This document shows, piece by piece, positions 8,930 to 19,243 of a stretch of DNA of 64,000 bases (within the stretch, counting starts at the first letter, position 1; each line of letters starts with the position of its first letter). A program made the position numbers and the translations under genes. The stretch spans positions 1,344,001 through 1,408,000 of the forward strand of contig CAXXFL010000001.1 in assembly GCA_963674965.2 (NCBI GenBank), read 5' to 3'. The stretch comes from a bacterium. Lineage in GTDB: Bacteria > RBG-13-61-14 > DATKZS01. The notes under the pieces were generated by a model. It saw only the letters and a list, made by a program, of their open reading frames with translations, made no database searches and was not told the origin of the DNA.

Positions 8930-9521
8930 CTCCCCGCTCTCGAATAGTCTCCTCGCCCTGGACGGGTCCGTTTAGTGCGTCCATGCCTCGCCAAATCCCG
9001 CGAGAGGGTCCATTATACAAAATGGGCATACGTGGTCAAGGGGACGGCCCGGACGGCCTTACGCGGCGTCTCACGGCCCTTGGATATAATCCTTGACAAG
9101 GATATCGGCATATGATGGATCAATTATGCGTCAAGGAATTTTACGCCAAGATATTTGGATGCTCAATCGGTTTCCCCCCATATACGGGGCGATTTTACAT
9201 CTTTAAAAGCCCGCAAACTATCCGGGGCATGGTAGGGTATGCCTTCATGCCCTTCCGGCGTTCCTGGCGGATAAGACGTGGTCGCGCTTCACGTCCGGCG
9301 TTCCCCTCATGACTTCTTGCTCGCCTTGACCATGGCCACAATCCCGGCCCGGACGGCCTCGGGGAGGTCGTTCCATTTATCCACTACAAGGGAAAGGTCC
9401 GCGTCCAGGACGGCGCTTCCCGGCCCCTGGCCGCTCATGCCCTGGCCGGTCAAGCCTTGGCCCTGGCCGTGGTCCTCTCCTGGCCGGGGAAGGCCCGGTT
9501 TATTGTATACCGTATTGGATA

Positions 9522-9541
9522 CCGTTCCGGGATTGTTCCGG
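9522..9541 (+). repeat. Putative integrase arm-type site (copy 2)
   Basis: Identical to 3382-3401; gttccgggatt occurs twice in tandem (9524-9545). Confidence 0.65.
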
Positions 9542-9701
9542 GATTTTTCTTTCCGCGACGGGTTATCAAGCTGTTCCCCATCTGTCCGGGCGCAATTTAC
9601 GACGCCGCCTAATTCATCGGTAAGGCTCGGATATTGTATTGGATTTTCGTCTTTTTGTCCGGGGTTGTCCTGAATGTGTCCGGTCTCGGAATCAATAAAA
9701 A

Positions 9702-9777
<76 letters not shown>

Positions 9778-9794
9778 GTTTTGGTGATTAAACT

Positions 9795-9822
9795 AATATA
9801 AAGGATTAGACGGAAAAGTCAA
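9795..9822 (-). promoter_or_regulatory. sigma70-type promoter of tRNA-Ala
   Basis: Minus strand reads TTGACT-16 nt-TATATT just upstream of the tRNA. Confidence 0.6.
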
Positions 9823-9903
9823 GCCCAAAGCGGGCACAAGGAAACGAGCGCGGCAAAGTCCGGAAGGATAATAGCCTTTCTTTACGGGAGTTTACCTGGT
9901 CGG

Positions 9904-10797
9904 TCAGCTTCCTTTTCGCCTTTGCTCCAAAAGCTTTAAGGCGTTGGACTTGATCTGGGCCTTGGTGTTCTGGGACTTGGCCAGCTTGGCCAGTGATTGC
10001 TGGTTCAGGGCGATAAGCTGTTTAAGGGCCAGGGGAAGGGGCGTCTTGGGGTGAGTGACGATAAGGAGCCTGACGTCCTCGCTCTGGCACCAGTTGGCGT
10101 TTTTGGCGATGTTCTGGATGATATCCTGGGGCAAGTTGGGCGCCTTGAGCATCTGGGCGACCTCGGGCACGCTAAGTTGCGGGTTCTGGAGGATAAAGTT
10201 AAGGACCTTTTTATTGCCCTCCTTGATAAGCAGGTTCCTTACGTTCCGGTTGCCCCGCTTGGCGGCGACCACTTTCTGGTGCGGCTTCATCTGGCGCACG
10301 ACCTGGTAGAGGTTCTCCGAGGTCTGCTGGTTGAGGCCGATCATCATCTTGTTGATCGATTCCTCGCTTTCCTCCTCTTCCTGGGGGTCCTCCTCCTCGT
10401 CCGGGTCGTCCGATTCCTCGAGGTCTCCGTCCCACTCCTCGCCGGAGCCGGGGTCGGCGGCCGCGTCCATACCCTCGGTCCTGGCCACGGTAATGGCGGC
10501 CTCGAAGCTTCTTATTATATCGTCGGAGAGCTTGTCGAACTGGATGGCCATGCCCGGGCCCATGCCCGGCATGGGCGCCTCGACCGTGGCCTGGAAGGCG
10601 ACCTCACCCGGCGCCGCGACGGGCCTCTTGATGCCGGGAAGATGGAACCTGACCTCGACGGCGGTGGTCCGGGGGGCCGGATCATCCGAGGATATAAAGT
10701 ATCCGCCGTTTTTTATCTGACCCTGGAAGGCCGATTCAAGCTCATCGGCGTCGTCGAACCTCACGACCAGGACGAGGGGTGAAGAATCGCTGGACAT
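9904..10797 (-). CDS. PilZ-like domain protein with acidic linker and helical C-terminal domain
   Basis: N-terminal GGYFI...VEVRFHLPG...GEV...GMAIQF PilZ-like fold lacking RxxxR. ATG 10797 has an AAGGA RBS. Confidence 0.75.
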   Translation of the reverse strand: MSSDSSPLVLVVRFDDADELESAFQGQIKNGGYFISSDDPAPRTTAVEVRFHLPGIKRPVAAPGEVAFQATVEAPMPGMGPGMAIQFDKLSDDIIRSFEAAITVARTEGMDAAADPGSGEEWDGDLEESDDPDEEEDPQEEEESEESINKMMIGLNQQTSENLYQVVRQMKPHQKVVAAKRGNRNVRNLLIKEGNKKVLNFILQNPQLSVPEVAQMLKAPNLPQDIIQNIAKNANWCQSEDVRLLIVTHPKTPLPLALKQLIALNQQSLAKLAKSQNTKAQIKSNALKLLEQRRKGS

Positions 10798-10807
10798 GGC
10801 CCCGTCC

Positions 10808-12535
10808 TTACCACTCTTCCCTTTCATGGGCGTCAAGCTCGCGTTTGGCCTCCCTGCACTTGGGGTTGCACAAGATGGCCGTCTCGAACTCCTCGATTGC
10901 CCGATCGATTTTGCCCTCGTCCCGGAGCAGCTTGCCTAAAAAGACGTGGGCCGAGTCCATGTGAGGATTGAGCTCGATGGCGCGCTGAAGAAGTTCCCTG
11001 GCCCCTTCTCTTCTCGAGACGAGGTTCAGTTTTTCGTTCGAGTATTTGGCCCAGCCCAGGTATCCCAGGTATTCGGGTTCCTCAGGCTTGGACTCGACGG
11101 CCATCTCGAGGTACTTCTGCGCGTTGGGCCAGTCCCGTTTCCTCACGAAGCTGATGCCCTTCTGGAGATATTGCTCGCCGAGGAGGGCCGACTTCACCTT
11201 GGGCTTTTGAGGCTTATCTCGGAGCTTCTTGAGATACTCGGTCCGGTTGGTCCCGGTGCGAAGCGTCTCGTAGGCCCTTATTATCTGGGCGTTGATTTCC
11301 TCGAGCTTGTCCAGGGCCTCCTTGGAAAGTCCCGGCCTGAAGTTGGAAACGTCGTATTCCGCCCGGACCTCGCGGTAGGCTTTTTTAATTTCCATGTCTT
11401 CCGCGTCTTTTTCCACTCCAAGCAAGGTAAAGAAATCGGCGCTTTTGATGCCCATGTAATCGACCAGAATCTCCGACTCGTCCCGCTTGCCGGGGGGGCT
11501 GAGCGGCGCGGGAGCGGGAGGCTCCTTTACCGCCTCCGCCGATTTCGAGGCCTTGGTCATCCATCCGTCCATGACCTCGTCCTCACTGGCCGTCAGGTCC
11601 TGGTCGCTGATGGTCTCGCTGTCCCAGTCCATCACCTCCGACTCGTCCGGCGGATGGAGCCTCGAGTCGCCGATCTTGCCAGGACCGTCTACCGAGTATT
11701 CCTCCTCCACCACCTCGGGCGCCGTGTCGAGAATTTTGAGCACGAAGTCCTCGATGGGTGGATGGCTGACCTCACGGCCGCCCATGCCCCTCACTCTCTC
11801 GTCGGGCCTTCCCTCCGGCCCGAGAAGGGCCGTCACCAGGAGAAGATACAAAAGCTTGGGCACGAAGGCCTCGGAAAAGGCTTTTTCCTTCAAGTCGAGA
11901 AGGCCGCTTTCGCCGTCGACCTGGAGAACGAAGGCGCTTTCCTTGTCCCCCAGGTCGTACAGGGAAACCCTATCCATGAAGTCCGGCGCCAGGGCCACGG
12001 GGCCTGACGCGGCCCGGGCCAGTTCCTTTTCCGCGGCCCCCGGCGGAAAGAAGCGCATCACGCCCTCGCTCATGACCGGCTCGGTCTTCATCTCGAACCT
12101 GTAGATGTCCTCGACGAAGTCCACGTCGGGAATGAACTCGAACTCACCCGAGGTCCAGGCGAAACAGCTTAATAGCTTCTCCTTGGTCTGCGCCTTGACC
12201 TCGTGATATAGGTCCCGAGCGGAAATTCGGCCCAGCTTGACCAGGGCCGCGCCCTGCTGGATGTTCTCGTCGATCATGAGCTTGATGCTCTCGTCGTAGT
12301 CCTCCTCGCTGATTTTGCCCTTCTTGATCAGATAACGGCCAAGGGTCTCGTTGCGAAGGGTGCTCTGAACGTTAACGGGGGACCCCTCGACCATGAAGAC
12401 CACCTTCTCGAGGGCGCCCCTTTTTAACGACAAGCGGCCGGTTACCGAGCGCTCGTGAAGAAATTGAAGGACCCTCGGAAAAGGATAATCCTCGAGGTTT
12501 CCGTCCACGCTGATCATTGTCTCGCGAGTAATCAT
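10808..12535 (-). CDS. DUF4388 / DnaJ-like / TPR multidomain protein
   Basis: N-terminal GNLEDYPFPRVLQFL...TGRLSL (DUF4388-like); J-like segment DFFTLLGV...EIKKAYR...AYETL; C-terminal TPRs. Confidence 0.8.
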   Translation of the reverse strand: MITRETMISVDGNLEDYPFPRVLQFLHERSVTGRLSLKRGALEKVVFMVEGSPVNVQSTLRNETLGRYLIKKGKISEEDYDESIKLMIDENIQQGAALVKLGRISARDLYHEVKAQTKEKLLSCFAWTSGEFEFIPDVDFVEDIYRFEMKTEPVMSEGVMRFFPPGAAEKELARAASGPVALAPDFMDRVSLYDLGDKESAFVLQVDGESGLLDLKEKAFSEAFVPKLLYLLLVTALLGPEGRPDERVRGMGGREVSHPPIEDFVLKILDTAPEVVEEEYSVDGPGKIGDSRLHPPDESEVMDWDSETISDQDLTASEDEVMDGWMTKASKSAEAVKEPPAPAPLSPPGKRDESEILVDYMGIKSADFFTLLGVEKDAEDMEIKKAYREVRAEYDVSNFRPGLSKEALDKLEEINAQIIRAYETLRTGTNRTEYLKKLRDKPQKPKVKSALLGEQYLQKGISFVRKRDWPNAQKYLEMAVESKPEEPEYLGYLGWAKYSNEKLNLVSRREGARELLQRAIELNPHMDSAHVFLGKLLRDEGKIDRAIEEFETAILCNPKCREAKRELDAHEREEW

Positions 12536-12990
12536 TCCCTGGCGCCTTCTCCCGATATTTCAGTCCATCTGGCCAAACCCGCCCGAGCCGTACAGGATAA
12601 GCCGGGAATTTCTTCCCAGACGAAGCCGCTTTCAAAGCCGCCTCGCAAAGTCCTTTCACGGACGATGGCCTCGGCCGCTTTTGGACCTACGCCTTTTAGA
12701 AGCGCGAAGTCCCTCGCCATGGCCCGGTTGGCGTCCATTTTACGGCCCAGTAAAAAGGAAACAAGGGGAGGACATGAACCGTTCTCCCTTGTCCCGCCCG
12801 CCTCCCTTAAGGAAACAAGATAAGAGTTCCCGTCCATCAAGCAGGCCGGGACCTTGTTATCGCCGTTTCCTCCCGGCTCGGACAAGCCGTTTTGCCACGC
12901 GGTCGCCGTCAATAAGAATAGCATAACCGCGGCGGCCGCGGTAAGGCTATCTCCTTTTTCTGGCCTTGCGTCTTTTCGATTCCTTTTCAT
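12532..12990 (-). CDS. ComEA-like helix-hairpin-helix protein
   Basis: N-terminal TM segment; MDANRA...LLKGVGPKAAEAIVRER...IPGL HhH motifs; usual position after cimA. Confidence 0.7.
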   Translation of the reverse strand: MKRNRKDARPEKGDSLTAAAAVMLFLLTATAWQNGLSEPGGNGDNKVPACLMDGNSYLVSLREAGGTRENGSCPPLVSFLLGRKMDANRAMARDFALLKGVGPKAAEAIVRERTLRGGFESGFVWEEIPGLSCTARAGLARWTEISGEGARE

Positions 12991-14551
12991 CTTTATAAAG
13001 CTTATAGTCAATGCTGTCGATAAGGGCCTGCCAACTGGCCTCTATAATATTATCCGACACTCCCACCGTTCCCCAGGAGTCCTTTCCGTCGGTGGACTCG
13101 ATCAGCACCCTGACCTTGCTCTCGGTGGCCAGGCCGGCGGGAAGCACTCTCACCTTGTAGTCCGTGAGTCTGACCTCGTTGAGGTTTTTATAGAAGCGGC
13201 CCAGGGCCTTTTTAATGGCATTATCCAGGGCGTTGACGGGACCGACCCCGAGGGCCGCGGTATGGGCCTCCCCATGAGGGGTCTCGATCATGATGGTCGC
13301 CTCCGCCGCGGCCTGCTGATCGTCGGGCCGGCGCTCGTCAATGACCCTGAACCCTTTGAAGTCGAAAAACCTTTTCCTCGAGCCCAGGGCTTCCTGCATA
13401 AGCAGCTCGTAGCTGGCCTCGGCGCCCTCGAACTGGTAGCCCTTTTCCTCGAGGAGCTTAACCTGCTCGAGCAGGAGCTTGGCGTCCTCTTTACCCTTGG
13501 CCAACTCGTGGCCGTACTCCTCGGCCTTGAGCACGATGCTGGCCGCGCCGGAAAGGTCCGAGATGATAAAGCGCCTTCTGTTGCCCACCTGGTCCGGGTC
13601 CACGTGCTCGTAAGTTCGCGGGTTCTTGCGCACCGCGTCGGCGTGCTGGCCGCCTTTATGGGCGAAGGCCGAGTCGCCCACGTAGGGCTGATGGGTGGGG
13701 GGCGCGATAAGGGCGATCTCGTAAACGAAGTGGCTTATCTCCCGGAGTTTCCGAAGCCTGGCGGCTGACATGACGTTGAGACCCATCTTGATGACCAGGT
13801 TGGGGATGATAACTATAAGGTCGGCGTTCCCCGCCCTTTCGCCCAGGCCGTTGATGGTACCCTGGACCATGGAGACCCCGGCCTCGACGGCCGCCAGGGA
13901 GTTGGCCACGGCCAGGCCGCAGTCGTTATGGCAATGGATGCCGAGGGGAACGTCCACCATGCCCTTTACGGTCTCGACCGTCTCCGCGATATAGGCGGGC
14001 AGGCTTCCCCCGTTGGTGTCGCAAAGGCAGACGCCGTCCGCCCCCGCGTTGGCCGCGGCGTAGATGACCTCCTCGGCGTAGGTCCGGTCGTGACGCCAGG
14101 AGTCGAAGAAGTGCTCCGCGTCGAACAGGACCTCCTTGCCCCGCTGCTTGAGGTAATCCACCGTGTCGGAGATCATGCCCAGGTTCTCGGAAAGGGTCGC
14201 CCCCAGGACCTCGGTAACGTGAAAGTCCCAGGTCTTGCCCACCACGGCCACGGCCGGCGCCCCGGACTTGACGAGGTTTTGCACCTGCAGGTCCCGGGCG
14301 GGAGTGGTTGCCTTCTTCCTGGTGGCGCCGAAGGCGGTAAGTATCGAGTTTTTAAACTCGAGGGCCTGGGCCTCCTTGAAGAACTGAGTGTCCTTGGGGT
14401 TGGCGCCCGGCCATCCGCCCTCGATATAATGCACGCCCATCTCGTCCAGGCGCTGGGCAATTCTTATCTTGTCCGCCACGCTGAAGGAGACGTCCTCCCC
14501 CTGCGAGCCGTCGCGCAGGGTGGTGTCGTATATTTTTATCTTTGCCGCCAT
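12947..14551 (-). CDS. cimA: Citramalate synthase (LeuA/CimA family)
   Basis: DTTLRDGSQGE, GIHCHND, GERAGNA, FAHKGG motifs and a LeuA regulatory domain. Confidence 0.9.
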   Translation of the reverse strand: MAAKIKIYDTTLRDGSQGEDVSFSVADKIRIAQRLDEMGVHYIEGGWPGANPKDTQFFKEAQALEFKNSILTAFGATRKKATTPARDLQVQNLVKSGAPAVAVVGKTWDFHVTEVLGATLSENLGMISDTVDYLKQRGKEVLFDAEHFFDSWRHDRTYAEEVIYAAANAGADGVCLCDTNGGSLPAYIAETVETVKGMVDVPLGIHCHNDCGLAVANSLAAVEAGVSMVQGTINGLGERAGNADLIVIIPNLVIKMGLNVMSAARLRKLREISHFVYEIALIAPPTHQPYVGDSAFAHKGGQHADAVRKNPRTYEHVDPDQVGNRRRFIISDLSGAASIVLKAEEYGHELAKGKEDAKLLLEQVKLLEEKGYQFEGAEASYELLMQEALGSRKRFFDFKGFRVIDERRPDDQQAAAEATIMIETPHGEAHTAALGVGPVNALDNAIKKALGRFYKNLNEVRLTDYKVRVLPAGLATESKVRVLIESTDGKDSWGTVGVSDNIIEASWQALIDSIDYKLYKDEKESKRRKARKRR

Positions 14552-14605
14552 GGAGCTATCTCCGTTTCCCCGCGGCGGGCGGTCCCGGGCAACTTATATC
14601 CCGGG

Positions 14606-15889
14606 TCATTTGCTCGAGCGGGATTTGGCCGCCTTTTTTGCGGCGCTCTTTTTCGGGGCCTTGACCCTTTTCCTGGGCATGTCCAGGCTGAAGGTCTCAT
14701 GGAGCATCCTTACGGCCAGCTCCCCGTATTTCTCGTCCACCACGCAGGACACCTTGATCTCCGAGGTCGAGATCATCTGAATGTTGATCCCTCCCTTGTG
14801 CAGGGTCTCGAAAATCTGGGACGCCACGCCCGCGTGGGAGCGCATGCCCAGTCCCACCACGCTGACCTTGGCTATATTGCCGTCGGTAAGGACCTTGTCC
14901 GTGCCCAGGCCCTCGGCCGCCTCGAGGGTTATCTTCTTCACCCGGGCCAGGTCCTCGTCCCGCACGGTAAAGGATATGTCCGTGTAGCCCTTCTCGCTCA
15001 CGTTCTGGATGATCATGTCAACGCTGATATTGTTCTCCGCCAGGGGCTTGAACAGCTTGGCCGCCACGCCCGGACGGTCGGGCACGGAGCCCACGGTGAT
15101 CTTGCTCTCTTTTTTGTCCAGCGCGATGCCGGACACGATAATGCTTTCCATGTCCTCGTCTCCTTTAACGACCAGGGTCCCTTGTCCGTCGCCCTGCTCG
15201 GGCAGCACGTGAATGGGGACCCCATATTTCATGGCCATCTCGACGGCGCGTATCTGCAGGACCTTGGCCCCCAGGCTGGCCAGCTCGAGCACCTCCTCGT
15301 AGCTGATCCGGTCAAGCCGGCGGGCGCGGGGCTCGATGTGAGGGTCCGTGGTCGAGATGCCGCCCACGTCCTTGTAAAGCTCGCAAACGTCCGCCCCCAC
15401 CCCCGCGGCCACGGCCACGGCGCTGGTGTCGGTCCCGCCCCTTCCCAGGGTGGTCACGTTGCCGTCGCAGTCCACGCCCTGAAAGCCAGCCACGATGGGA
15501 ATGAATCCGTCGGCCAGAAGCTTCCTTAACGGGCCGCCGTCGATGCTCTCGATCCGGGCGTCCTTAAAGGCGCAGTCCGTCCGGATCGGGACCTGGAATC
15601 CCAGAAGCGAGCGGGCCTTGCCGCCAAGGGCCTGGATGGCTATGGCCAGAAGCGCCGTGCTTACCTGCTCCCCCGTCGAGATCAAAGAGTCGTACTCCCG
15701 AAGGTCCGGAAGATCGGTGATGGCCCGAGATAAATCGATCAGCTTGTCGGTCTCGCCCTTCATGGCCGAGGCCACCACGATCACCTGGTCTCCTGAACGA
15801 CGCCTGGCCAGGACCCTGGACGCCACCGCCTTGAGGGACTCGACGTTCGCCAGGGTGCTGCCGCCCCATTTTTGTACCGCCAAAACCAA
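14606..15889 (-). CDS. lysC: Aspartate kinase
   Basis: QKWGGST, TTLGRGGTD, GAKVLQ and two ACT domains. Confidence 0.95.
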   Translation of the reverse strand: MVLAVQKWGGSTLANVESLKAVASRVLARRRSGDQVIVVASAMKGETDKLIDLSRAITDLPDLREYDSLISTGEQVSTALLAIAIQALGGKARSLLGFQVPIRTDCAFKDARIESIDGGPLRKLLADGFIPIVAGFQGVDCDGNVTTLGRGGTDTSAVAVAAGVGADVCELYKDVGGISTTDPHIEPRARRLDRISYEEVLELASLGAKVLQIRAVEMAMKYGVPIHVLPEQGDGQGTLVVKGDEDMESIIVSGIALDKKESKITVGSVPDRPGVAAKLFKPLAENNISVDMIIQNVSEKGYTDISFTVRDEDLARVKKITLEAAEGLGTDKVLTDGNIAKVSVVGLGMRSHAGVASQIFETLHKGGINIQMISTSEIKVSCVVDEKYGELAVRMLHETFSLDMPRKRVKAPKKSAAKKAAKSRSSK

Positions 15890-15959
15890 CTTGGTCTACC
15901 TCCATCCCGATTGTAATATCAGCCGGCCTCCTCGGGGGGCCGGACATAAAGCATAAATT

Positions 15960-16478
15960 TCATCCCTGACCGTCAAGCTTTCCGGGCCGGAATTGCAAAA
16001 GGGCCTTTTCCATGGCGGGCCACCTGCCGCTCAGGCCAAGGCCGGGAAAGAAAGAGGCGTCCCTCGTCTCGTCCCCCGTCCTTGAAAGCTCTATCCAAAG
16101 CGTCCCGGGCCCAAAGGCAAAGGCGAACTTGTCGGCCCATTCCGCCACCGTTACTCCCCCGCCCTCGAAGTATTCCTCGTAACCCAGACCCTCGATATCT
16201 CGGGGCTTATCCAGCCTGTAAAAATCGAAATGATAAATATCCAGCCGTCCCCGGTACTCGTTAAGGATCACGTAGCTGGGGCTGGTTACCGCGTCCTCGC
16301 TCTCGACGCCCAGGCCCCGGGCCAGGCCTTTCACAAGCACGGTCTTGCCCGTCCCAAGCTCGCCTACCAGGGCGATCACGTCTCCCGGCCTTATCTCTAT
16401 GGCCAGGGCCTCGCCCGCGGCCAACGTTTCTTCCGCGGAACCGGTCGATATGGTCAAGGCGAGCGGCGGACGTATCAC
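15960..16478 (-). CDS. tsaE: tRNA threonylcarbamoyladenosine biosynthesis ATPase TsaE
   Basis: GELGTGKT, VTSPSY, HFDFYRL, EWA motifs. Confidence 0.95.
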   Translation of the reverse strand: MIRPPLALTISTGSAEETLAAGEALAIEIRPGDVIALVGELGTGKTVLVKGLARGLGVESEDAVTSPSYVILNEYRGRLDIYHFDFYRLDKPRDIEGLGYEEYFEGGGVTVAEWADKFAFAFGPGTLWIELSRTGDETRDASFFPGLGLSGRWPAMEKALLQFRPGKLDGQG

Positions 16479-16493
16479 GACGAAATACTCATG

Positions 16494-18062
16494 TTAACAT
16501 TTATTCCGCAGAGTTTTAATGGCCGCGGGAATTTTTTTTATCACGTCCCCGGCGATCATTCCCTCCTCGCCCATCTCCTCGGCGGCCAGGTCGCCGGCCA
16601 GGCCGTGAAGATGAACGCCCACCGCCGCCGCCTTGTCCGGACCGAGGCCCTGGCAGAGGAGCCCGAGGATGACGCCCGTCAGCGCGTCGCCCGTTCCCCC
16701 CGTGGCCATGCCCGGGTTTCCCGTCAGGTTCACCATGGCCCCTCCCCCGGGAAGAGCCACTATCGTGCGCGCGCCCTTCAAGACCACGATGGCCCCGCTT
16801 TTCCCGGCGAAGGAAAGGGCCGCGCCGAAGCGGTCCGCCTGGACCTCCGCCGTCGTTACGCCCGTCAGCCTGGCCATCTCGCCGGGATGAGGCGTGAGGA
16901 TCACGGGCGCCTTGGCGGCCTCGAGCATGGACGGGTCCTCGGCGACCGCGTTCAGGCCGTCCGCGTCTATCACCAGGGGGACCTCGCATCTCGCGATGAC
17001 GGCCCGAGCGAAGTCCGTCACCCTCGGGCCGCGCCCTATCCCAGGGCCAAGGGCCGCGGCCGACTTGCCCTCCAGCGCCTCGAGGGCCGCCTCGACCGAG
17101 GCCCCGGAGAAAGTTCCCTCCTCGTCGGGCAAAGGCTGGGTCATGACCTCGAGGGTCGCGGCCTCGAGCGCCGCGTGAACGCCTCTCGGGCAAGCGACGG
17201 TGCATAGCCCGCACCCGGTCCTGAGGGCCGACTCTCCGGTCATGGCGGCGGCCCCCGCCTTGCCGGGCGACCCGGCCAGCACGAGGCCGTGTCCCACGCT
17301 TCCCTTATGGCTGTCCTCCTCCCTGCACGGGAAGTCCGGGGCAGCGATCTCCGAGGTTATCAGGCTATAGGGCACGTCATCGTAAAGGAAGGCGGGTATG
17401 GAGATGTCTATAACCGCCAGCGATCCCGACAGTGAAGCCCCGGGATAGCAAAGCTGGCCCGTCTTGAGCATGCCGAAGGTGGCCGCGGCGTCGGCCCGAA
17501 TGGCCGCGCCCATGATCTGGCCCGTGTCCGCGTTCATGCCGGAGGGCATATCCACGGCGAAGACGTTGACTTCGGGTTTCCGGGAGGACAGGTCGTTAAC
17601 GAACTCGATCATGATCCGGTAAAAGCCCTTGACCTCCTTGTCGATGCCCGTGCCCAGTATGGCGTCAACGATAAGGTCGGCCCGCTCGAAGACGTGGCGG
17701 TTGTCGTCGAGAAGGGCCGAGTCGCTCAACTCGAAGACGGGTCCGCCCATTTTGATGAGGGCCTCGAGGTTGGTTTTGGCGTCTCCCTTTATCTCGGCCT
17801 TCCTGGCCAGCACGAGGGTCGTGACCTCGACGCCCGCGTTGAGAAGGTGGCGGGCGATCACGTAGCCGTCGCCTCCGTTGTTGCCTTTGCCCGCCAGCAC
17901 CGCGGCTCGCCTGGGCGAGAACTCCTCCATGATGAACTCGAAGGCCCCTCGCCCGGCGTTTTCCATAAGGACTATGCCGGGCACGCCGTACTCTTCGATG
18001 GCTTTCCGGTCCATCTCCCTCATCATGGAGGCCGTGCCGATTTTATACTCGCTGGGGTTCAT
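16494..18062 (-). CDS. nnr: Bifunctional NAD(P)H-hydrate epimerase/dehydratase
   Basis: LMENAG, GKGNNGGDG, DSHKG, TPHPGEMARL, GGTGDAL motifs. Start reassigned to ATG 18062. Confidence 0.95.
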   Translation of the reverse strand: MNPSEYKIGTASMMREMDRKAIEEYGVPGIVLMENAGRGAFEFIMEEFSPRRAAVLAGKGNNGGDGYVIARHLLNAGVEVTTLVLARKAEIKGDAKTNLEALIKMGGPVFELSDSALLDDNRHVFERADLIVDAILGTGIDKEVKGFYRIMIEFVNDLSSRKPEVNVFAVDMPSGMNADTGQIMGAAIRADAAATFGMLKTGQLCYPGASLSGSLAVIDISIPAFLYDDVPYSLITSEIAAPDFPCREEDSHKGSVGHGLVLAGSPGKAGAAAMTGESALRTGCGLCTVACPRGVHAALEAATLEVMTQPLPDEEGTFSGASVEAALEALEGKSAAALGPGIGRGPRVTDFARAVIARCEVPLVIDADGLNAVAEDPSMLEAAKAPVILTPHPGEMARLTGVTTAEVQADRFGAALSFAGKSGAIVVLKGARTIVALPGGGAMVNLTGNPGMATGGTGDALTGVILGLLCQGLGPDKAAAVGVHLHGLAGDLAAEEMGEEGMIAGDVIKKIPAAIKTLRNKC

Positions 18063-18099
18063 AATATCTTCTCCGGTCGCGCCGGGCCTTCCGGTCCGA

Positions 18100-18480
18100 T
18101 TACGCGCTTTCCGCCACCGCGTACGCCGCGGCCGCGTCTCCCTCGTGGGCGAGAGATACATGGAACCTGGTCACGCCAAGTTCCTCTGCCCGGGCCCTGG
18201 CCCCGCCTTGAAGAAGCACGCCCGGCCGGCCCGACTCCTCCCGGACCACCTCGATATCCTTGAACCTCACCGGTCCGCCCCAACCCGAGGCCAGCGCCTT
18301 CATCACCGCCTCCTTGGCCGCGAACCTGGCGGCGAAGCTCTGTCCCGGGTCGGGCCTCGAGAGGCAATAGGCCGTCTCCGCGTCGGTAAACACCCGGCGC
18401 GTGAACCTCTCCCCGAAGCGCTCGATGATCTCCCGGGTCCTGGACCTCGAGGCCAGGTCTATTCCGACGCCTACGATCAA
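18100..18480 (-). CDS. acpS: Holo-[acyl-carrier-protein] synthase
   Basis: GVGIDL, ARFAAKEAVMKAL, SLAH motifs. Confidence 0.95.
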   Translation of the reverse strand: MIVGVGIDLASRSRTREIIERFGERFTRRVFTDAETAYCLSRPDPGQSFAARFAAKEAVMKALASGWGGPVRFKDIEVVREESGRPGVLLQGGARARAEELGVTRFHVSLAHEGDAAAAYAVAESA

Positions 18481-18489
18481 GGCCTTCTC

Positions 18490-19221
18490 CTAGGTCTTCC
18501 ATCCATTCAGAACGTCCTTCATCTCGCGCACGGCCTGGCCGAGGCCTACCAGCACGGCCCTCGAGACGATCGAGTGGCCGATGTTGTATTCCTCGATCTC
18601 CTTGATCGCCAGAAGCGGCGCCGTGTTCTTGTAATGGAGACCGTGCCCGGCGTGGACCCGAAGCCCCAGCTTCTTGGCCGTCTTGGCCGCGTTCACCAGG
18701 GCCTGGAACTCGCGCTCGACCATGCTCTCGCCGTCGGCGTCGCAGTAGCGTCCGGTGTGAAGCTCGACCGCCTCGGCGCCCGCCTTGTGGGAGGCCTTGA
18801 CCTGCTCGACGTCGGGATCGATAAAGAGGCTGACCATTACGTCGGCCTCCCTTAGCATCTGGACCGTCTTCTTGACGGCGTCGAGGTGAAGGTTCACGTC
18901 CAGGCCGCCCTCGGTGGTGACCTCCTCCCTACGCTCGGGGACCATGCAAACCGAGTAAGGCTGGATGAACATGGCAATCTTGACCATCTCCTGGGCGTTG
19001 GCCATCTCAAGGTTGAGACGCGTCTGGACCGTTTCCTTCAGTATCTTCACGTCCCGGTCGACGATGTGCCTCCGGTCCTCCCGAAGATGGACCGTGATCT
19101 GGTCCGCCCCCGCCAGCTCGGCGATGGCCGCGGCCGCCACCGGGTCGGGGTAGGGAACGTTGCCCCTGGCCTGCCTAAGAGTTGCCACGTGATCTATGTT
19201 TACTCCCAATCGCGGCGTCAC
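18490..19221 (-). CDS. pdxJ: Pyridoxine 5'-phosphate synthase
   Basis: [35 protein letters not shown] motifs. Confidence 0.97.
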   Translation of the reverse strand: MTPRLGVNIDHVATLRQARGNVPYPDPVAAAAIAELAGADQITVHLREDRRHIVDRDVKILKETVQTRLNLEMANAQEMVKIAMFIQPYSVCMVPERREEVTTEGGLDVNLHLDAVKKTVQMLREADVMVSLFIDPDVEQVKASHKAGAEAVELHTGRYCDADGESMVEREFQALVNAAKTAKKLGLRVHAGHGLHYKNTAPLLAIKEIEEYNIGHSIVSRAVLVGLGQAVREMKDVLNGWKT

Positions 19222-19243
19222 TTCGCACCTCCCCTCACGGGAA

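Noticed and set aside
9421-9490. Repeated ccctggccg units as a CRISPR or tandem array
   Set aside because: Short, irregular 9-mers encoding GQG repeats, with no repeat-spacer periodicity. No CRISPR array or cas gene was seen in the window.
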